NCBI GenBank assembly: GCA_010093745.1
Contig: MU005999.1
Location: 117,809 to 142,983 of the forward strand
DNA from: Piedraia hortae CBS 480.64
Taxonomy: Eukaryota
Direction: 5' to 3'
DNA length: 25,175 nt
This document shows, piece after piece, positions 1 to 10,411 of the stretch. Within the stretch, counting starts at the first letter, position 1; the number at the start of each line of letters is the position of its first letter. The position numbers and the translations under genes are program-made. Under the pieces are notes generated by a model. It worked only from the letters and a program-made list of their open reading frames with translations, ran no database searches and was not told where the DNA came from.

Positions 1-1003
1 ATGTATGTATGCCCATTGCCTTGGTTCCAAGGAGGTGTCGCAAGACGCGTTTGGCTGCATCGATAGAATATGGCCGTTGTGGACCGCAGCCTCATCTTGC
101 TTATCCAAGCGAGCCATGAGTGCTCTGTGTGCTTGGAGTTCTCGAGCCAAAAACCGCCAGCTTCTTCCTGATATTTCTATCAGCTCGGGATGACACCATA
201 TGATGCACTCTGCAAAAAAAGTGAAAAACATGATGTTGGCAACAACATGGATCGTTGGAACCGTCCATCAGCCGGGTGTAGAGTGACACTAGTTCAGCAT
301 GGTGTCATCGTCGTCTAGCTCGCTCATTCGGGGGAGAGTGACCCCTCCAGTCATTACTGGTGCTGGACGCACCGAGAGGGAACTTGCCCATAAAGTGCGT
401 TCCTAGCTTTGGCACTATTGTACATATCTCGCGTCAAAACGATTGGCAACGAGTTTCCCGAGTGAGGGTAGGTCATCTGATGACCTCATTCCATCTGCTG
501 TGAGATCAAATTTCGCGTAGTGGTGACTGGAGCATATTCCATTTTTCCAGGACGATCAATAACTTCCAGCCAATTAACATTTGGCGTCTGACGGATGTCC
601 AACGCCACTCTCTGCTGCCGTTCCCTGTACGGAATCATTGCAATTTGCAAGGAGATTTGAAGCTGGCGCAGTTTCTCCAGAACGCTTCCATCAGCCTTGT
701 GTAAAGTCCACCCCTTGTTTAGGATGACCCGATTTTTGTGGTTATATTCATCAACAACATCGACCTCCGTTGCTAGCCTGACTTCGGGCCAGGCCATTCT
801 CACCCATTTCTTTCACTGCCTTCGAGAATGTCAGTCGGTCATCAGGGCTACCCAACTCGACGCTCGTCATCGGTCCAGGTCGGGAGTGTAGACTGACTTG
901 CCGGACCGCTTGGCGGATAGGCTTCCGTGAGGTGGTCATATATCTCCTCAAACGTTTGAAGCATTAAGGCGATGGAGGGGACTGCACGAGAGCGGCTTTT
1001 ATA
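1..1003 (-). pseudogene. Possible decayed gene of unknown family
   Basis: TATAAAA at 1003-997, ATG at 939, and overlapping protein-like frames (951-751, 803-486) that would need frameshifts. No recognisable domain. Confidence 0.25.
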
Positions 1004-1891
1004 GATGCATTCCTGGCGTGACATTGGGTATATACCCCCTCATGGAGTTTCGCGATTGTGAAAGGTGATACTGCGTCGAACAAGAGGATAGTTAGTCCCA
1101 TTTGCTCACTGCCTTCTTCGACTTATCGCCCACATTTCTCAGTTTGTCGTCGTACATTGTGCCTTTGATAACCAGGTCCAGCGCGGGGACAGTCGCTTGA
1201 TCTCAGGAGACTCAAGTCTTCATACAACGGCCCGTGGCCTTTGCGTATCTCTTTGTGGCAGCCACTCATAATTTCAAGCTCACCGCGAATGGGATGCTGC
1301 TTCCAGATAGGGCGTACTGTGGACGTTGTGGATACGTCGAAGGAAATGTGCGCATCTCCTAACCATCTGAGGTAGGTCAGTACGATTAACGGCACTGTGG
1401 AACCCATAATGCACCATAACGGGCACACTGGATGGCCTACAGGCGTCCGGCTGCGTGTATGTGATGTCGCCTTCGATGAGGAATAATTCCAATGGGTGTG
1501 CTTGTGGTTCTTCCGCATTCTTCGAGGCGGCGCAAGGGTTGAACCCGCACAAGGCAAAAGAGCCATGCTGATCTTCTTCCGGCGTGGTGGTATCAAGTTC
1601 TTCGGAAAGGGCGACACTTTTGGCTGTGCCCAGCTCTTTCAAGAGAAATCTGGGCCGGTAGATAGTCTGAAAACCACATTTCACGACCCAACACTGCATT
1701 TGACAGGCGCATGCAAGCGGGCAAACGCCTTGTACGATTTTTGGGACCAGTCCAAGCCAAACTTCGTACAAAGGACACTCCTTCCGATAGCTGCTCTGTG
1801 CTGCGCTGCAACGTGCAGAAGCGGAGGATGCAACATGGCCAAATCAAAGATTCAGAAACATACCTGCCGAATGGAACGCCAAACGCGCAAC

Positions 1892-1918
1892 GACGAACGA
1901 GACGAACGAGACGAACGA
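1892..1918. repeat. (GACGAACGA)x3 minisatellite
   Basis: Three exact 9-nt units read directly from the sequence. Confidence 0.9.
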
Positions 1919-2387
1919 GTTTGGTTGGTGCGACGTTGTGTTGTGTCGCGAGGTTTGGTGAGGTTTTGGTGGGGGTTACCCCCAGAAATGGCCCTTTGGG
2001 ACTTTGTATCGTGAAGCTGACCGTCCCAGTGCTTCCCTTCAAAATCTCAGCCAAAAAAACATCACCATAGATCTCTCGAAGTTTTTGCACAGATGCTGAT
2101 CATGGGAAGTGCACATGGAATCCCGGCGCACCCTACGCCACCACAGAGCGTGGAGACATCCACAGCACGACGCGGCCGAGGACTGGCATCTGCCTGTAAA
2201 GGAACTTAACAAGGCCCTTTCCTCATGTGGTCTGGCGGCGATGACCGTATCGTGAATTGCATCGGTTCTCCCTATGGAAACATTCACGGCAGATTCAAGA
2301 AAGAGCTACAAATGTAGCGGCACGGACCGACTGTATCGCTCAGTAAAGGAATCGGGACCGTTGGGAATTGAATAAGTTCAGTCTCAT

Positions 2388-5300
2388 TCAGAAGGGAACT
2401 TTGCCCGTGAGATACAGAACAGTAAAACCAGTCTCTCTGTTGCGGAAAACCATTGTTCGCCTGCACGAGAACCAATCATATCCTCGCAGCTGGCCAGGGG
2501 GTTTGAACATCTTCCGACCATCGACAGTGATCCAGTCTTTCGTGTTGTCCAAGGCCCAGATTTGTCGGCCTTGGAACAGCGAAATGGACTCTGTCGAGGC
2601 GGAAGAGTCCGCCTGCGTTTGGGGCTGATCGTCTTCGTTGGCTGCTAACCTGTCCACGACAGGCAGGAACGTTGACGACACAAAGCGACCATCGATAAGT
2701 ATCGAACCATTCCGAGGGCCCCGATCGAGTGTGCGCACAATGCACGCCTTTTCAATGTCCCATTCAGATATGCAATCCTTGGAGTCATGAGTGTAGAGCA
2801 TCCGACCGTCTGCTGAGAAACATGCCCCATACATTTCTTTTTCAGAGCTCAGTACCTGCGGGTTTTGTGACTTCGGTCCCCAGATCCTTATTGTGTCATC
2901 GCCTGATGCCGATGCAAAGTTCTGCCCATCTGGAGAAATCGCTATATCCCAGATCCGTTCCGTATGACCGGGGAATTCTTCTCGCAAAAGTCCACGTTCC
3001 AGATCAATAGCCCGTATCTGATCGTCGCGCAAACCGCAAAGGAGTGTTTTGTTGTCTGCGGATAACGCAAGAGCAGTAATATATCTCGGTCTGTCTTTTA
3101 ACTCTCTCAGTTCATCTGCATCCGTGTCCCAAATCAAAACCGCCTTGTCCGAGGATTGGTATAGGGAGGCAACAACCACGAAACGACTGTCCGATGAGAT
3201 CAGGATCCGGGGTAATCAGGTTTCGGAAGCCTGTGATCTGTTAACCGCCGTTCGCATATTCGCGTTTCAATGTTCCAAAGGCTGAGCTGGTTTCCCTGAG
3301 TCAATGAGGCGAGTGATCGTCCATCGGTTGACAGTGCGACTTCAGTGTCGCCAGCCCGATGCTGCGGGCTCTTCAAGAGTAGATGCAGGTCCAGCTGTGT
3401 AATTTGTCCACTTTCATACCCCGCCCAGATTGTCTTCCCGTCGGGCGATGATGTCATGGCTGTGACGCCGCTTCGCAATCGCAGCTTCATCGGCTTTTGT
3501 TGCGTTTGAAAGTCGTAGAGAAAAAGACTAGACCCGTCAAAAAACAAAATATTCTGGCTGTCTGGCGTAACCATGAGAGAATAGACACGAGAATTTCGCT
3601 TGATCTGGTCCACTTGGTGGGTGGTGCAGTGAAACACCGATATCGTGCCGTTTTCCAAGGGATACACAACTTTCGTGCTGTTTTCCAAGCGATACGCAAC
3701 TCTCGTGCCAGCACAAAAGACAACGAACTTGCGGTTTGGCGAAATGGCGATGCGCTCGATATCAGCACCAACTTGGTATACCATCTTATGCGCAGCTTGT
3801 GGGCTCCATTTCCAGATGTCTGTGGATCCCGACACCAGCGTCTCACTATCCGACGAGAAGTGCAGGCACCGCACTCGAGACTTATGACCCTTGAGCACCT
3901 GTCCGGCGTCCTCATCGGCGTCCCAGATGTAAATCTCGCCGGTGTCCAAGCCCCAAGCGGCATATCGGCCGTTCGGAGAGACGGAAACGCTTGCTGCAAC
4001 GCCTGGCAGTTTGATATTAATTGGCCTGGCGTCGTCTTCCAAGTTCCACCTCCAATAACCTCCGGTCAACTCGGCAATGACCACAATGTCTTTTTCAGGG
4101 AACGCTGAAGCGGCGTCGCGAAGATAACCTACTGACGACGTTTGGACCACACTTATTACAACTTCCGTACGTTTTTCTTCGGTGCCGCTTTCAACATCCC
4201 ATAGTCGCACTGTGTTGTCCTCGGCAACGGTGACAAGCCGTCTCCCGTCGATTGAAGGCGTTATCGACAGTATCCTTCCAGTATGCCCCCTCAGGGTTTG
4301 CAACTCAAAGCCCCAATCAGTCGCGACTGGCGGCCAAACTTGCAAAAACTCTTCCATCTCACTTCTGAAGGTATTTCGCACAACACTGTTGCTCGGCGCA
4401 AAAGCCAGTGCTGAAAGATATGTCTGAAGCGGTGTATCGCTGATCAGCTTTCGGTTTGCTGGTACCCATCTTAGCGCATCGGCGACAAAGGCGTGTAGCT
4501 TGGGCGAAGATTTCGACTGCGCACGGTTAGGCATACTTTCGGCAGACTGAAACGGAAGCAATACATACGTCGATGGCCTTTTGCAGCTGCTTTAGGCATA
4601 CCACCATTCCCCCAAGCTTGTCCAGCCACGCCATTGCCTCTGTCCAACAAAGAAGAAATGCGCGTAGGAAAAGATCTACTTGTCCACCATCTTTGATTGC
4701 CTCGTTGCTATCGATCGCATGGCTGACCCAGTAGCGGCAGGCGTACTGTACGGACTCTGGGATGCGCTTTTCGACATGCTCTGCGGACACATCTTTGCGT
4801 TTCGTTACTAGATCTTTCTGCTTGCAGACGTCGCGGACCAGCTTTTTCTCGAGCAAGTTTCGACATTTGCTCATGAGAACGCCATGTACTTTCCCTTGAT
4901 CAATCCAGAATTCAGGATGATCCTTGAGACTAGAATTCATGAGAAAGTCTCGGAAGGATTCATGATAAATCCGTACCGTGGCCCGAGAGCCTTTTTTCAC
5001 CTCGTTTCCACTGGGAAAGTCGATTACCGAACTCAACGGTTTAAGAGCATTGGGAACAACCATGTTCTTTCCTCCACCGAGCAGGTCCGTCAGCGCCGGA
5101 ATGGTGAGTGGAGCAAGCAGAACGGCAATTGGCTTGATGATTCGATTAAATTGGTCGAGCCACTTTGGATCAGCCTTAGCAGCCTGCTCAAGAATGCCCG
5201 AATAGATGCAGTTCAACCCTTCCGAGCCAGCGAAGCTGAGCCGGTTGACCCATTCCTGAAGTTGCTCTCGTGGATCATTGCTTACTTCTCGGAATATCGT

Positions 5301-7418
5301 GGAGGCCGCGATAAATAGTGGCTTTGATATCTTCACAAGTTTGTCGACAACGCTTTCCCCTGGCCAGTCATCCTCGAGCTCATCATAATCGGTTCTGCTC
5401 TGCTCGCGGAGCTTCCCCAGCTCATCGTAACAGAACAACCTCAGGTCATGCTCGATAGTGCTCGATTGCCAGTCTTCAAGCCTCTCGTGCTGGAGATCCT
5501 TGCGCTCCACCTTGGCGAGCGCATTGCCAATCTTGTTGTCGGACCGGCTCGTCACGAAAACTCTTAGGTTCATGGAGCTTTGTGCACGAAGTCTCAGCCA
5601 AAGAGTCATGGCATAGCCTATCGCTCCCCAGTCCTCGCACTCGTCGAGAGCATCGATGACAATCGCCCTGACATCGGTTGCAGACCCCGTCTTATACCCT
5701 GAAAGCGGTCCCTCAATGAGCATCTCGAACTGAGTTGTCAGCGCCCTTTCATTCACCGGAGGGGATCCTTTGGAGGCGGCAGCAATCTTGTGGCTGATGC
5801 TGGGTACAAAGTCTGCCATATGACGGGCAATGGTGGGAAACAGACTGCCAGCGCGGCCCAACTCACCACGGCCGCGCTTGAAGAAGAAGCTTCCCACCAG
5901 GTACCCTTGCCTCGCAAGTTCATCGGCAACGGTTCGCGCAATTGTCGATTTGCCTGTTCCTGCCTTTCCAGATAGCCAGAAGATCCTTTGGTCATCGTTG
6001 GTGGTGGCCCAGTCCAGGATCTTCTCCCTGATCTGCACCCGGGTATTTTCTAGACATAGCTGCAACTCGCCATTTTCGTCGGCATTACCATTGTTTATCG
6101 AATCGTAAGCTGCCCCGGCAGCCGCCTGCAGAGCGCTAAGATCCAGCGCTTGTTGAACGCCTTGGACTCCTTGATTGATCTCCTGCTGGGCCTTCTCCAG
6201 CGTGTTCAGCTTTTGTTTGACCCAGTTCCCTTGCTCTTGTGAGATTATGCGATCGACAGCATTTGCATGGTATTCAACCGTCTTCAGCATCCCGTCGTGT
6301 TTAGTCTTGAACTCTTTTATGACACCACCAGTCAGAGATTGCAAAGCTTGTTCCAGCGGTTTTCTGTCGCATATGTGTTGGGATTGCGCCAAGAATTCCA
6401 GAATGCGACTGTAGAGTTTGACGATGCTGTGGTACAGATCGCGGTAAAGTTTGAAAATACTTTCATCATTAATCGTGGGCGTTCCACTGTAGATGGAAAA
6501 GTACGCGGAAAGTAAAGTGTTGGTATCTAGCACCGTTTCGATTCCCTCCAAAATTGATTCGTCCTGCTCGTGAGCCATCTGAGCCACCTAAAGAAATGGT
6601 GTCAACCAGGATCGCAGGTGGTGAGGTCTACTCCTTACCATCAAGACAGACCGGATACCAGCCCACGGAAGGCTTAGCACCTCCGCTTGGGCATTAGTCG
6701 CCACATCAAACACCGGCGCAAAGTTCATAATTTGAGTAGAAATCTTTTTCATCTTGGCCATCCATTGGTGGTTACGTTTTCTCTGATTCAGGCCTCTCAA
6801 GGCCTGGACCTTGGCGGCGTCAATGTCAAGATCACTATCCAAATCTACGTGCTCCGCAACAAGCTTAAGCTCGTCCGACGGAATATTAGCAAGAGCATCA
6901 ATTCTCAACTGCCGCTGACCTTGAAAAGGATTTCTTCGAGCTGGCACCTCAGATGAAGCCTGTACAAGCGTACTGTTTGGCTGTGTTGGCTGCAAGGGAT
7001 GCAAGGACCGTGGGCTAGATGCCAACACTTCCGCAGGTATACTGTTTGGCTGCAATGGTTGCGATGGCTGTGGAGCGGGAGAGGAAATCTCTACAGGGAC
7101 ATTGTTTGACTGCAGAGGCTGCGGAACAGAAGCTGAAGCCTCTGCAAGTGCATTGTTTGGCTGCGAAGGCTGCGATGGCTGTGAAGCGGGAGGGGACGCA
7201 TCTACAGGCACATTGCTTGACTGCGAGGGCTGTGAGGGCTGTGGATCGGAACGTGACACCTCTTCCGGCGTATTGTTTGGCCGCAAAGGTTGGAAAAGCT
7301 GTGAGGCGGGACCTGGAGCCTCTGGCGTGGCATCTTTTGATTCTTGTGATTTGTGAGGTCGTAATTTCGAGACCAGTGAATAAATATACGCTTTGAAGGA
7401 CTCCCAGCATCCGGACAT
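2388..7418 (-). CDS. NACHT-WD40 NLR (HET-E/NWD-like STAND protein); exons 7418-6639, 6587-4569, 4516-2388; ~1640 aa if the 1-nt frameshift near 3210 is repaired, otherwise truncated at 3200
   Basis: Walker A IFWLSGKAGTGKSTIART, GSFFFKRG, Walker B IVIDALDEC, VFVTSR, PLFIAAST, YHESFRDFL, YACRYWVSH, TPLQTYLSALAFAPSNSVVR and LQTLRGH...LWD followed by WD40 blades. LPWAGI...LM resembles the NWD NACHT N-terminal domain. Introns 6638-6588 (GTAAGG..TTGAC..TAG, 51 nt) and 4568-4517 (GTATGT..CTAAC..CAG, 52 nt) join the three ORFs in frame. Start at 7418 (MSGCW) is preferred over 7568 but not proven. Confidence 0.9.
3643..3709. repeat. 30-nt in-frame tandem duplication (~2.2 copies) inside a WD40 blade
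   Basis: tcgtgccgttttccaagggatacacaactt / tcgtgctgttttccaagcgatacgcaactc / tcgtgcc; encodes RVAYRLENST / KVVYPLENGT. Confidence 0.85.
6948..7307 (-). repeat. About 6 degenerate coding tandem repeats (~60 nt / 17-23 aa, PQPSQPxQPNNxPxExS) in NLR exon 1
   Basis: ASQLFQPLRPNNTPEEVSRS / DPQPSQPSQSSNVPVDASPP / ASQPSQPSQPNNALAEASAS / VPQPLQSNNVPVEISSP / APQPSQPLQPNSIPAEVLAS / SPRSLHPLQPTQPNSTLVQASSE; recurring TGTTTGGCTG..GGCTG on the + strand. Confidence 0.85.
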
Positions 7419-7976
7419 GCTGGGCACGTTTAAATGGCAATGAGAGAGGGCAGTTTGAGAAGGTTTGGCATGAAGAAGCCGTTGCAAGGCTTTGCCGTGT
7501 TCAAGGCTGAGCTTTGATGAAGTGGAATAAGAGTGGGGTGCATGCATGAGCCTACTGTTAGCATGCATGAGCGGATTTCACTAATGAGGCATATCATATG
7601 CCTCGTTTTATGCGTGCGCCGTAGGCATGCGCAGGCAAGCAGACAGGGTTACCCCGGCTAGATCACCTGGGAAGAAATTGGAGAGATCCTGCAGAATGAC
7701 CTTCTTGTGTAACATTGGCCACAACGGTTAATCGCAACATCTTGTTTCTTTTAGGTGAGGACGAGGCTTTCACACTCCATAGAGCTGATATGGTTTGAAA
7801 GTCAAAAGGGGAGCCGTGATAAGTGCATTCTAGATACATAGCCGGAAATATCCCAAGGGGTAAGGTGACAAGCAACCTCGCCTCTCGAAAGTCTTGGTAG
7901 CAAAGTAGGTAAAACAACATCATCTTTCGCGTCACCCCCCATTTCTATTCTCACTACTTGAATTGAATACATCACG

Positions 7977-8022
7977 TGTGGGGCTGGTCCCCCCTGACAT
8001 ACCCGCTGTGGGGCTGGTCCCC
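7977..8022. repeat. Two copies of the 16-bp TGTGGGGCTGGTCCCC at 30-nt period, upstream of the NLR
   Basis: Exact copies at 7977-7992 and 8007-8022; each is quasi-palindromic (GGGG..CCCC) and contains GTGGGG, which fits the CreA consensus SYGGRG. Confidence 0.8.
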
Positions 8023-8764
8023 GCATATCGTGTTTTCATGCGTTTTTCCTTTTGTTATGCACGTTGCGCATTATCCCTTCCGGGACTGGTCTTTAGCTGA
8101 GTACTTAGCCGAGGAATCATCCCCCGAGGGGAGGCGTATGCATCTCTCTTTTCCGTTCGCATCATCGTCCATCTTCCCTCTATTGTAGTATCAGCTAATT
8201 CTCTGCTCAGCCTCAGCTCGCTGCCATAGCTGTCGTATCATGGCTACCACAGAACCTCCATACCAAAGTGAAACGGTGCACATATGAGTATGGATTACTG
8301 GAGCGCTCGATAAACGGTTTCAACTTGTGGAACAGTGTTTAGATGATGAGTTACGGTGTTGTGACAATTTAGGTGCGCGCTAAGTCTAGCGATAAACCCA
8401 TGTCATGATACCACCTTTGCAGCTTAAATGGCTAAGGTATGGCGTTGTCTCTTAGCCATTCCTTGCCCTCCATTGGTGCACCGCGAAGTCCGATTCGGCT
8501 GGGTTGTCGCGAATCGTAGCGAGAGGCGAGACATACACTGACATAACTCAGTGTTTCTGCCGATCATGGTGGTGGTGATAGTGACGGCGGAGGTGGCAAT
8601 GGCAACGGTAAGATAACGGAGAGTCATGATGATAGTGTTTATGGTAGCCCCCAGAACCTCGTCGGCGCTTCAGTGTTGTGACTAAGCCGACGCTGGTCAT
8701 GTTGGCATGCCTAGACTCGCCAAGACCAATCACACGCTTATCCAATTTGAACTGGCTCTAATCT

Positions 8765-8797
8765 GAAGAGGTTGGGAAGAGGTTGGAAAGAGGTTGG
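8765..8797. repeat. (RAAGAGGTTGG)x3 11-nt tandem repeat
   Basis: gaagaggttgg gaagaggttgg aaagaggttgg. Confidence 0.9.
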
Positions 8798-8836
8798 GCT
8801 CCTCAACGGAAGGCTGGGAGGCATAGAAGTGTAATG

Positions 8837-10010
8837 TATATAAAGCCGGTCCTTGAGAGACTTGGAACTTATCTTTTTCACCCTCCACAGTCGTCCAATC
8901 TATCTATTCAAAACATTCAGCTACGCGACATGGACTTAACTCAATAAGCGGGCTACACCACCGTCCTCACCGAGCGCGTCCTAAAACTGCTCACTGACGC
9001 CAGAGGACCCTCTACCGAACGCGTCTCAACCCAAGAAACGGCGCGAAATTTCCCCGTCGCGTGTTTACTTGCTATCTCATCTGGGCTGTATAAGTCCTAA
9101 ATCTCCTTTGTAGTCTGCACCGTGTCAATAGCGCAGACGTATTCAGTAGGATAAAATCTTGCACCCTGTGCATCACAATCTTCCAATCATGACGTGTGCA
9201 ATAGCGAAGCGATCTGAGCTCGAACAATCGATTGAATCGTTTTGACGTGCCGTTTGATGTGTGTGAAAATGGTGGGGTGATGTCGGATATCACCCCCTTT
9301 TCCCTGGTGAGGAGCCATAGCTTATTGTTTGTAAGGAAGCATGTAACAACGAGCTTCATCCGTAAAACCACCAGCCCCGGACGGCAAGATGGATTTAGCC
9401 CTGCGATGTCAAAGGAGTTTGCCTGATGGTTTAGATGCTGATTAAGCGACTCTGGAGTTTCTGGGGACACATCGTGCGCACCCCGTCGGGAACATGGACG
9501 ACCATCAGTAGTGCCGCTTTTTTTCTGGTGGACTTCAAGCGCCGATATATAGTTCAAGCACACTTTTATAAAGCTCAGCTTCTTCGACTGCACAATTTCT
9601 GCCGGATCTGCCTTACCTTGGTGGGTGCCCTACGTCTGCTGAGGTAAACATTGTTCGAGAAACCCATTTTGCCGCTCCTTCACTGAGAAAATTGACAATT
9701 TCCCGATCCGTGTGGCCGATCTACCCGTTCATTTGGCATTGCCACTCGTCCGAATCAGTCCTTGGCAATCCCACAACTTCAGCGAGATCCCACCGCTGTG
9801 AAACGCAAAACTATAAGAAGACCTCCCTCCATCCCTCTCATATTCTTTTCCTCTCAACTCCAAAGTGCGCGCTTCCCTTTGAAGAGACAGATAGTATGTA
9901 CGAGTGAGAACGATGAATGGAGAGTTAGAGATCTGTTTATGAGTGAATACAAAAATTATCTTCGAGGGAACATCAGAGAATATATTCTGGGCTGGAAGGC
10001 CCGTGCGTAG
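8837..10010 (+). pseudogene. Possible decayed gene of unknown family
   Basis: TATATAAA at 8837-8844, ATG at 8930 closed by TAA at codon 6, broken reading frames, and a protein-like end (ENDEWRVRDLFMSEYKNYLRGNIREYILGWKARA*). No recognisable domain. Confidence 0.25.
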
Positions 10011-10021
10011 CCTCGTATAAA

Positions 10022-10146
10022 GAGTCATCAATTGTATGACCGTAAGCAAGTGGTCATACATGCAGTAAGACTGTCAGCATGCAGTCTTACTCCATGACTC
10101 ACCTCAAACAGTAGCAGGGCGCATTCACCATGTCGCATGCGACATG
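10022..10146. other. Nested inverted-repeat cluster (three-way-junction-like) plus an 18-bp perfect palindrome
   Basis: GAGTCAT (10022-28) pairs with ATGACTC (10094-100) and encloses TGTATGACC/GGTCATACA (10033-60) and AGTAAGACTG/CAGTCTTACT (10064-91); CATGTCGCATGCGACATG at 10129-10146. Confidence 0.75.
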
Positions 10147-10411
10147 ACCTTGAGGGAAACCTCTGTGAGGACAAAACCTAGGGTGCAGCTACTGGTGTAA
10201 GAGGTGTCGCGCAGTGGCATCGTACACTGATAGCAACGAGACTTCATGCCAACACCCTATCCTTCGATCCGGCCCGTTCCCCACCAACCTCAAGATGGCT
10301 GGGCCGCAGAATTCGAATCCACTCACCTCTACAACCAAACCACCGAAACGCCTTCTGATGCAATAACGCTGACCGAACACCATCATCCCCCCCCCTCCCT
10401 CATAGACCACA

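Noticed and set aside
1123..2090. Overlapping 119-172 aa ORFs on both strands
   Set aside because: No recognisable domain, mostly non-ATG starts and mutual overlap; may be decayed sequence but cannot be called
7419..7568. Upstream ATG extension of NLR exon 1
   Set aside because: The ATGs arise within GCATGCAT repeats and the peptide looks non-coding; 7418 is preferred but unproven
7646..7662. Helitron 3' end (hairpin plus CTAG)
   Set aside because: The hairpin is too short and close, CTAG is not followed by T, and no Rep/helicase is present
7977..8022. CRISPR-like repeat-spacer-repeat
   Set aside because: Only two 16-bp units with a 14-nt spacer, no cas genes, eukaryotic context
8424..8627. 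Small secreted protein
   Set aside because: Weak signal-like stretch from low-complexity CAC/CAT repeats, with no other support
432..9247. Shared 13-mer AATCGTTTTGACG (432-444 minus, 9235-9247 plus) as a sign of paralogy
   Set aside because: Several 13-mer matches are expected by chance in 25 kb, and the match does not extend
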